Below are positions 57,812 through 64,000 of a DNA stretch of 64,000 nucleotides, one piece after another; the first letter of the stretch is position 1, and every line of letters begins with the position of its first letter. The position numbers and the translations under genes were made by a program. The DNA comes from a virus (lineage: Duplodnaviria > Caudoviricetes), in the IMG/VR virus record IMGVR_UViG_3300019371_000265, positions 32,001-96,000 of that record. The stretch is one strand, 5' to 3'. The notes beneath the pieces were generated by a model, which saw only the letters and a list, made by a program, of their open reading frames with translations, was not told the origin of the DNA and ran no database searches.

Positions 57812-58207
57812 TTGAGTATGAATACAACCTATCAAGATGTATTGTCTTCGTTTCATTCCAACCCGATGTCAAAATATATTCTTGCTGATGAATTGGTTTA
57901 TCAATGGTTTATAGATGCTCTTGGTGTTTATGAATTAGAAATTGATGCGTTGGAATTTGACGAAGTTGAACAAAAATTTACCACAAGGTTAAAGCAATAC
58001 CAGGTTAAAACTCTTGGATTGATAATGTACACTTTTTACTTAACCAGAGAATTGAGTCGTGTTGAAAAGTTGCAAGGAATTTCAAGCAAAGGCATTAGCA
58101 TTACTGGTAATGATGAATCTAAAAGAATCACTTACAAAGATTTGGAATTAGAATTAAAAAGAGTTGACGAGATGCTACATAAACAAAAAAATAACTGTAA
58201 TTATTAG
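57812..58207 (+). CDS. Head-tail adaptor (putative)
   Basis: Synteny; helical. Confidence 0.55.
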   Translation: MSMNTTYQDVLSSFHSNPMSKYILADELVYQWFIDALGVYELEIDALEFDEVEQKFTTRLKQYQVKTLGLIMYTFYLTRELSRVEKLQGISSKGISITGNDESKRITYKDLELELKRVDEMLHKQKNNCNY

Positions 58208-58217
58208 GTGGTGAATT

Positions 58218-59273
58218 ATGGCTGTAGAATGGTATTTAATGAATAATCCACCTAATAGATATAGTGGATTTGAAAATGATGATTTTGAAAACTTTGCACA
58301 AGAAGGGTTTAATGAACTCTTAGATTCTCCTATTGCAGAAGAAATTGAAATTTTTAATTATGATTTGTCAGTGTCATCAACTATAAAAGCAATTATCCAT
58401 GGCAAAGAAGCCAATACAGATCTGAAGTCTCACGAAAGAGAAGTCTATGTAAACGTCGGCACTCTAAAAGCGGGCATGTATATTAAGTACCGCAATATGT
58501 ACTGGCTCGTAACTGGATTTGTAGACAATGATAAAATGTGCTCTAAGGCGTTGGTTTCATTATGTCAATACTTATTAAAATGGCAAAATGCTAATGGAAC
58601 TATAATCGAAAGATGGGTTCATGCTGCCAGTGCTAGTAAATATGATGTTGGTGAAGATGGCAATAAAACAATTGTTGTGTCTTCAAATACATTTGCTATT
58701 ATGATTCCAAATGATGATGAGTCTATGAATCTTGAAGAAAAAAGAGTGTTTATTGATAAGCGTAAAACTAACCCTACGAAGATATTCAAGATAACCAGGA
58801 ACGATGATGTCTTGAGTGATTATGAACATGGTGATGGTGGAGGCATATTAAATCTCATCGCTGATAAAAATTCATTCAACAAAGATACTGATAATCAGGA
58901 ACTGAGAATCTGTGACTACATCTCTCCCACTACTCCACCCGACCCAGGCGAACCAAGTCAATCGGGCATTTTATGTACAATTACATATAAGGGTGATGCA
59001 AGTATAATCGTTGGTGGAAATGCTAAGACGTTTACTGCTGTCTATAAAGATGCTGATGGAAATGATGTTAGTAGTAATTATGTGACTGTGTGGAGTATTG
59101 TCGGTAATCCGATAAGCGAGTTATCTCTCGCTCCCACTATAAATTCCGTGAAGATAAAATGTGCGGAGAATGATAAATTGATTAACACTACGTTTACATT
59201 AAAAGCAACTGGAAATCACAACGCAGAAACCATTGAAACTATGACAATCATTAAACTTTCAAGTATATATTAG
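58218..59273 (+). CDS. Head closure/neck protein with C-terminal Ig-like domain (putative)
   Basis: Synteny; Pro-rich linker then beta-rich domain. Confidence 0.55.
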   Translation: MAVEWYLMNNPPNRYSGFENDDFENFAQEGFNELLDSPIAEEIEIFNYDLSVSSTIKAIIHGKEANTDLKSHEREVYVNVGTLKAGMYIKYRNMYWLVTGFVDNDKMCSKALVSLCQYLLKWQNANGTIIERWVHAASASKYDVGEDGNKTIVVSSNTFAIMIPNDDESMNLEEKRVFIDKRKTNPTKIFKITRNDDVLSDYEHGDGGGILNLIADKNSFNKDTDNQELRICDYISPTTPPDPGEPSQSGILCTITYKGDASIIVGGNAKTFTAVYKDADGNDVSSNYVTVWSIVGNPISELSLAPTINSVKIKCAENDKLINTTFTLKATGNHNAETIETMTIIKLSSIY

Positions 59274-59285
59274 GGGGGTGCAAAT

Positions 59286-59900
59286 TTGGACATAGATTCG
59301 AGAAACTTAAATTTCGTAGGAACTTACAAAAACAAAATTATTACTCGTCTGACATCAGATGAATTGGTAGTAAAATTGTTGAATCCAGCGGAACACCCTT
59401 ATCTTGAAACATATGATGTTTTACTTGGCGGTAAATTTTATTTTGACGAATATGGACATTCTGTTATCCCAGGGCAAGGTAAAGAACAAATACTACAACC
59501 TTATGTGTTTGACTATATGTTTGTAACAGGCACGACTTCTGATCAAAAAACCTTTATTACAGTAGATGTGGTCGTAGATACAGTAGAATATAACATGTTT
59601 AACAGGTTTAAATTGATATTAAACATATTTGCACACAAAGATTTAGTCTCTTTAAATAAATACAGTGTTCCAACAAAACAGGAAATGGAACAATTGGGGC
59701 ATATGGGAAATCGTATAGACCAATTATGTGGGATAGTTGATATTTCTATAAATGGCGCAGATGTTAAAGCATTGGGGAAAATAAGTCCAAACGAAAGAGG
59801 ATATTACAGTATTTATTGTCCAAATGATAATTACTATGGAAAACAATTAGTATATACGGTGACTGGATATAACGAAAGTGGTGATGATTGTGGAAATTAA
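59286..59900 (+). CDS. Tail completion/terminator protein (putative)
   Basis: Synteny. Confidence 0.5.
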   Translation: MDIDSRNLNFVGTYKNKIITRLTSDELVVKLLNPAEHPYLETYDVLLGGKFYFDEYGHSVIPGQGKEQILQPYVFDYMFVTGTTSDQKTFITVDVVVDTVEYNMFNRFKLILNIFAHKDLVSLNKYSVPTKQEMEQLGHMGNRIDQLCGIVDISINGADVKALGKISPNERGYYSIYCPNDNYYGKQLVYTVTGYNESGDDCGN

Positions 59901-60663
59901 GAAGGAATTGTTATATCCATTTCTTATATTCGATAAACCAATCAGATACAAAGAGAACATCACATTTAATCCAGTAAAGATGAAAAACATTATTGAATTC
60001 CAACAAAGTTCTCTCTCAATCACATTTCCAAAAGATAGTATAGTGACGGAAAAACAACTGATAAAAATGTCATATTTTGATTTCATAAAATATGCTCACG
60101 AAAACAAAGAACTTGCTGAAAAATATGATTCTCCACTTCTTCCATATTATTGGACTTGGGCTTTATCTTTAATTAGATTGACGCTTGATGAAAATATAGA
60201 ATTAAAATACAATCAGCAGAATCTTTCAATATTCATAAATGATGAAGAGATATCATCTGAAATATTTGACGATATAAGAAAGATAATTATTTTACAAAAT
60301 GATATTGATTACGATGTTGATGAATTTATGAACAAAGATACAATTCAAGCTCTTGAAAAAGCAAGAGAATTTGAAATGAAAAAAAGAAAAGAAAAGTCCG
60401 ATATTGAAGACTACATTGACTCTATGGTTGTTGGGCTAAAAGTCACAGAAGAATACATATCTAATTTGAGCATTAGAAAATTTTGGAGATACATAAAAAG
60501 ATTGAATAAGCACGAAGACTATCTGGCATGTAGAAGTGGTGAGATGAGTGGAATGGTTACGTTCAAAGAGCCATATTCGCATTGGATGTCTACAATTAGT
60601 ACTGACGACAAATATGAAAACTTAAAAGCAGATGAAGGTGAATTAAGAGGTAAGGTTGGTTAA
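59878..60663 (+). CDS. Tail assembly protein (putative)
   Basis: Synteny. Confidence 0.5.
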   Translation: MVMIVEIKKELLYPFLIFDKPIRYKENITFNPVKMKNIIEFQQSSLSITFPKDSIVTEKQLIKMSYFDFIKYAHENKELAEKYDSPLLPYYWTWALSLIRLTLDENIELKYNQQNLSIFINDEEISSEIFDDIRKIIILQNDIDYDVDEFMNKDTIQALEKAREFEMKKRKEKSDIEDYIDSMVVGLKVTEEYISNLSIRKFWRYIKRLNKHEDYLACRSGEMSGMVTFKEPYSHWMSTISTDDKYENLKADEGELRGKVG

Positions 60664-60716
60664 CGACTTTACTTCTTTTTATTTTAAATCAAAAATAAGA
60701 AAGTGAGGAAATAAAA

Positions 60717-61697
60717 ATGGCAAAAGATTTTTTAGTGTCAACGGCTGACGTTGCATTTATGCACAACAATATGCTTGCATTTACTGGAACTACCTCTATT
60801 ACTACAAGCCTTTCCGTATCTATGGAAGACCAGGAGGTTACTGGTGGCAAGGGTCAGAAAACTTTATACAAATTTAAGTATGGCAGAAAACTTACCGCAT
60901 CCATTGAAATGGCTGAATGGAACCTGGCTTACATTGCTGCAAATGCTGGATCTACTATTTCAGAAAGCCTTAAAGATGTATATAAGGTAGCAGAATGTGT
61001 CACTCTCACAAATGGTGTGGGCACCCTTGCAAAAACTCCGGTTGGGCATGTATTTGTTGAAAAAGAAGATGGTACTATTTCAGAAGTAACTCCATCTAGT
61101 TCTACCATCACCGTTGGAACAATTAATGGAAAAGTAAAAGTTACATACAAATTTAATACCACAGCAAAGAGAGTTACCATTGATGCAGACTCTACCCCAT
61201 TGGTCGGCAAACTTATTTTAAGTGCAGACAAACACAACAATGGTGTTGGCAAGGTTGCAGAGATTCAGGTGGAAGTTCCTTCATTCCAGTTGAATGGTAC
61301 TTTTGATATTTCAATGGAATCAGGTGGTGTTTCTACAACAAAATTAGATGGAGATGCGCTTGCGGTTGAAGGCGATAGCTGTGTAGATGGTTATGTATAT
61401 GCATACATCACAGAAATTCCATCTGTTGCATCTAGTGTTGCTGTAGCTGATATTGCGGCTACTCCCTCTGTAGTTTCTCTGACAGTAGGCGGAACTCAGG
61501 CAATCACCGTAATTGGACTTAAAGGTGGTATGTATAGTAATGTAAGTGTCGATGTAGCTGATTGTACTATTACTTCTGGTACACCTGCCATTGCTACTGT
61601 TGCAGGTGGCGTGATTACTGGCGTATCCGCGGGTACAGCATTAATTAACATTACTTACAATGGACTCAAAGATGTAATTAGTGTTACCGTAGCGTAA
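60717..61697 (+). CDS. Major tail tube protein with C-terminal Big_2 Ig domain
   Basis: EVTGGKG motif; IATVAGGVITGVSAGTALINITY. Confidence 0.75.
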   Translation: MAKDFLVSTADVAFMHNNMLAFTGTTSITTSLSVSMEDQEVTGGKGQKTLYKFKYGRKLTASIEMAEWNLAYIAANAGSTISESLKDVYKVAECVTLTNGVGTLAKTPVGHVFVEKEDGTISEVTPSSSTITVGTINGKVKVTYKFNTTAKRVTIDADSTPLVGKLILSADKHNNGVGKVAEIQVEVPSFQLNGTFDISMESGGVSTTKLDGDALAVEGDSCVDGYVYAYITEIPSVASSVAVADIAATPSVVSLTVGGTQAITVIGLKGGMYSNVSVDVADCTITSGTPAIATVAGGVITGVSAGTALINITYNGLKDVISVTVA

Positions 61698-61745
61698 GAC
61701 TATGGGTAGAAGGGTTTATCGCTCTTCTACCCTAATCACACTAAA

Positions 61746-62009
61746 ATGGAGGTGGCATTAATGGATAACAGAGAAGAAGTTAAAGCGAAAGAATTACCAA
61801 AAAAACAAAGAGATTTATTTAAAGTAGAAAAATGTAAAGTTTTAAAGTATGACAGCTTAACAAATGCTTTGGATTTTGATTTTTTAGGATATGGTTTGAG
61901 ATTATATGATGTTGAAAATTTCAGTGGAGATACTGTTGATATAAAGTATAAAGGCACAATTGGGAAACCGGATTTCGTGTGTAAATTATGGAATAGCGAC
62001 AATGTGTAA
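61746..62009 (+). CDS. Hypothetical protein
   Basis: ORF with GGAGG. Confidence 0.6.
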   Translation: MEVALMDNREEVKAKELPKKQRDLFKVEKCKVLKYDSLTNALDFDFLGYGLRLYDVENFSGDTVDIKYKGTIGKPDFVCKLWNSDNV

Positions 62010-62193
62010 ATATGCTTATGAGGATTTCTCTGATAGAGCTAAAAAGATAATGATATTCTGTCATCTGAAAGATAATGAAAATTCAGAAATGCTCAAACTA
62101 TGTACATCTCAAAGGTATTGTAATAATGAAGATAAATATATTCCATACAAGCAAAAGGAAAATTGTAAATATTGTGAGCGAAAAATAGATTAG
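62002..62193 (+). CDS. Small Cys-rich protein
   Basis: MCKYAY...C...C..QRYC...C..C. Confidence 0.6.
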   Translation: MCKYAYEDFSDRAKKIMIFCHLKDNENSEMLKLCTSQRYCNNEDKYIPYKQKENCKYCERKID

Positions 62194-62282
62194 TGAATAT
62201 ATAGGCAAGTTATATTCTAATCTATTCACAGATTATTATTGTAACTTGCCTATTTTTTACGATAATGAAAGGGGTTGAGTGA

Positions 62283-62462
62283 TTGAAAATAGACCCGGAG
62301 TATTCTTGCAATTGGGCGGCAGAAATGCAATATCTATTAAACAATGGAATCAGGTATACGTTTGTCAAAACTGAAAATGGCATTACTATTTGGAAGTATA
62401 AAAAGAACATGGAATTATTTAGTAGTTTAAGTGATTTTTACAAAGAGGTATATAGTAAATAA
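62283..62462 (+). CDS. 59-aa hypothetical protein (not in track)
   Basis: TTG start; EM.YL...GIRYTFVK...WKYKK. Confidence 0.55.
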   Translation: MKIDPEYSCNWAAEMQYLLNNGIRYTFVKTENGITIWKYKKNMELFSSLSDFYKEVYSK

Positions 62463-62530
62463 AACTCAAATTTGATAGACAGTCGTAGTCACTACTACGG
62501 CTTATTTTTATGTAAAAGGGGCGATAAATC

Positions 62531-63070
62531 ATAGCACAAAATGTAGGAAAAGTTTTCGAAAATAACTGGAAAAATAGTTGTCCAGACTGGCTACTCGTAC
62601 ACCGTCCACCAGACGCAGCACAATCATTTGATAAGGGAGACGAATCAGCCGAGCCTAAAAAGCACTCACCTCTCCGATTCTCGGCACACAGCCCATGCGA
62701 CTACATAATGTTTAACGGATACTCTTCTACTTTCTATGCAACCGAACTTAAAACGAGTGCAGGAGCATTTTCATTTGAGCGCACCAAAGAAGACAAAGGA
62801 ATGATCCACCTGCACCAGATTGAGAGCTTGAAAAAATTCGCTACATATAAAAATGTAGTAAGCGGATTCATTCTCGACTTTCGCAAATCAAATAATACAT
62901 ATTTCATATATATAGAAGATTTTCTGCGAATGATTGGACACGTCGACAAGAAAAGTTTCAATGAAACAGATTTATTAACCTATGGAAATCCTGTGTTAAT
63001 CAGCAAAACAAAGCTACGAGTAAACTACAGGTATGATGTTGAAAAATTCCTAAATGATGTAAAAGCATAA
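62531..63070 (+). CDS. RecU-like Holliday junction resolvase (probable ATA start)
   Basis: GKVFE...CDY...ELK...HQIESL; frame open 59 codons upstream of track ATG. Confidence 0.75.
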   Translation: MAQNVGKVFENNWKNSCPDWLLVHRPPDAAQSFDKGDESAEPKKHSPLRFSAHSPCDYIMFNGYSSTFYATELKTSAGAFSFERTKEDKGMIHLHQIESLKKFATYKNVVSGFILDFRKSNNTYFIYIEDFLRMIGHVDKKSFNETDLLTYGNPVLISKTKLRVNYRYDVEKFLNDVKA

Positions 63071-63192
63071 AACACTACTGCTCTACCAAGACAATGGTAG
63101 CTAAGTTTATACGCAGTCGTAATTGTGAGCCGAGCGACAGGAAGTAAGGCAATAGACAATCAAGACGGTATAGAAGCAGAATCGAGGTAAAA

Positions 63193-63378
63193 ATGACAGA
63201 TCCAGAAATCGAGCAATATGTAGAAAATCGCAATGGCGAATTGTGTCAGAGTGAAATATTGGAATTATTGGATATATCTAAAAATCCGCAAATTGATCAT
63301 TTTGCGTATGAGAATTTTCGGTACGCCATGTGGAGTAAATACGGAAACTCGTTCACATTTACAAAGAGAAATTGGTAG
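63193..63378 (+). CDS. Hypothetical protein
   Basis: GAGG RBS. Confidence 0.6.
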   Translation: MTDPEIEQYVENRNGELCQSEILELLDISKNPQIDHFAYENFRYAMWSKYGNSFTFTKRNW

Positions 63379-63390
63379 GAGGATAAAATC

Positions 63391-63573
63391 ATGAAAGAAA
63401 AATTAGCAAAATTAATAGATGTTAAGTCGCTTGTAACCTTATTCTTAACGATTGGATTTCTTGCGCTGGCGGGGCTAAACAGAATTACTGGTGAACAATT
63501 TCTTAGCATTTTCACGGTAATTATAGCTTTTTATTTTGGAACGCAGTCACAGAAATCGAATAAACAAGATTAA
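63391..63573 (+). CDS. Holin (2 TM)
   Basis: KLIDVKSLVT...IIAFYFGTQ. Confidence 0.8.
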   Translation: MKEKLAKLIDVKSLVTLFLTIGFLALAGLNRITGEQFLSIFTVIIAFYFGTQSQKSNKQD

Positions 63574-63605
63574 GATAAGATCCTACAGAAACGGGGTATA
63601 AACAT

Positions 63606-63965
63606 GTGAGTATAACAGATAAAGATTTTACAGAGCTATCAGTAAAGGTTGAAAGTATAAATAAACGTTCAGAGTCAAATGGACATAGGATTAATGACCT
63701 AGAGAACGAAGTAAAAGATGTTAAGGACATACAGATAACATTGGTTAAAATGGCAAACGGAATCGAAAACATGGGTAACGAGATAAAAGAAGTAAGGCTT
63801 GGGCAGGAAAAGTTGTCAGAGAAGGTAAATGAAATTGAAAATCGTCCTGCTAATGAAGCCAAGGCGTTTCTCGACACAATTACCGGAAAAATTATTTCAG
63901 TAGTTGCGGGAGGTTTGATATTTTATATTCTTGGGACTATGTTCCCTATGATACCATGGAGGTAA
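63606..63965 (+). CDS. XhlA/hemolysin-like holin accessory protein
   Basis: Coiled coil (RSESNGHRI) + C-terminal TM. Confidence 0.65.
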   Translation: MSITDKDFTELSVKVESINKRSESNGHRINDLENEVKDVKDIQITLVKMANGIENMGNEIKEVRLGQEKLSEKVNEIENRPANEAKAFLDTITGKIISVVAGGLIFYILGTMFPMIPWR

Positions 63966-64000
63966 TGAATGATCAAATATTTTAAATTGAAATTTAGAAA

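Larger units (their letters stand above)
1..64000. mobile_element. Large SPbeta-like temperate phage/prophage (partial; both ends outside window)
   Basis: YonO-like RNAP, MrpR-like protein, terminase-portal-capsid-tail order, antirepressors; no host housekeeping operons. Confidence 0.92.

Noticed and set aside
34905-63877. Minus-strand ORFs in the right arm (e.g. 55033-55539, 60929-61252, 63521-63877)
   Set aside because: Antisense shadows of plus-strand genes; only the 45172-46327 moron is supported
1-64000. CRISPR array, cas genes, reverse transcriptase/DGR
   Set aside because: No equal-length repeat-spacer array (the dispersed repeats are separated by genes); no Cas or YxDD RT motifs seen
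1-64000. Arbitrium aimR/aimP
   Set aside because: No ~380-aa TPR protein followed by a short secreted pro-peptide in this window

Overview
The whole window is phage DNA with no host housekeeping genes. It looks like a large SPbeta-like temperate siphophage of a low-GC Firmicute, probably a Lachnospiraceae/Clostridia host (inferred from the endolysin and promoter style). LEFT ARM (1-~32 kb, minus strand): about 80 small early/accessory genes, including three antirepressor-type proteins, a radical SAM enzyme, a HAD protein, DUF262, a pyrimidine-dimer glycosylase, a Gp17-like exclusion protein and tRNA-Gln. It also holds a control cluster of an MrpR-like repressor, an orphan MazF and an intact tyrosine recombinase. 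CENTRE (32-34.4 kb): divergent promoters, an XRE gene, an SOS box and a DnaA-box cluster. RIGHT ARM (plus strand): a putative replication initiator, a YonO-type single-subunit RNA polymerase, beta-CASP nuclease, ClpP, phosphoesterase, HU, a second tyrosine recombinase, a moron, tRNA-Pro, endolysin, and terminase/portal/head/tail/holin genes. The most notable signals are non-coding. (1) About 40 copies of an 18-bp quasi-palindrome, GTMAA-N8-TTKAC, cut the left arm into mostly single-gene units, often with the stop codon inside the site; this suggests an integron-like cassette array. (2) A bipartite RNA motif (UUGGCG-loop hairpin + AAACARGACUU) sits in leaders of key transcripts, and a separately promoted ~135-nt RNA is complementary to both parts; this suggests RNA-based immunity or antitermination. 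(3) A ~700-nt ORF-free, highly base-paired RNA candidate lies at 29.77-30.48 kb. (4) A repeated promoter-overlapping operator, AGWTTGAAATAAAAT, occurs in both arms. All family assignments come from motif recognition by eye, not database searches.
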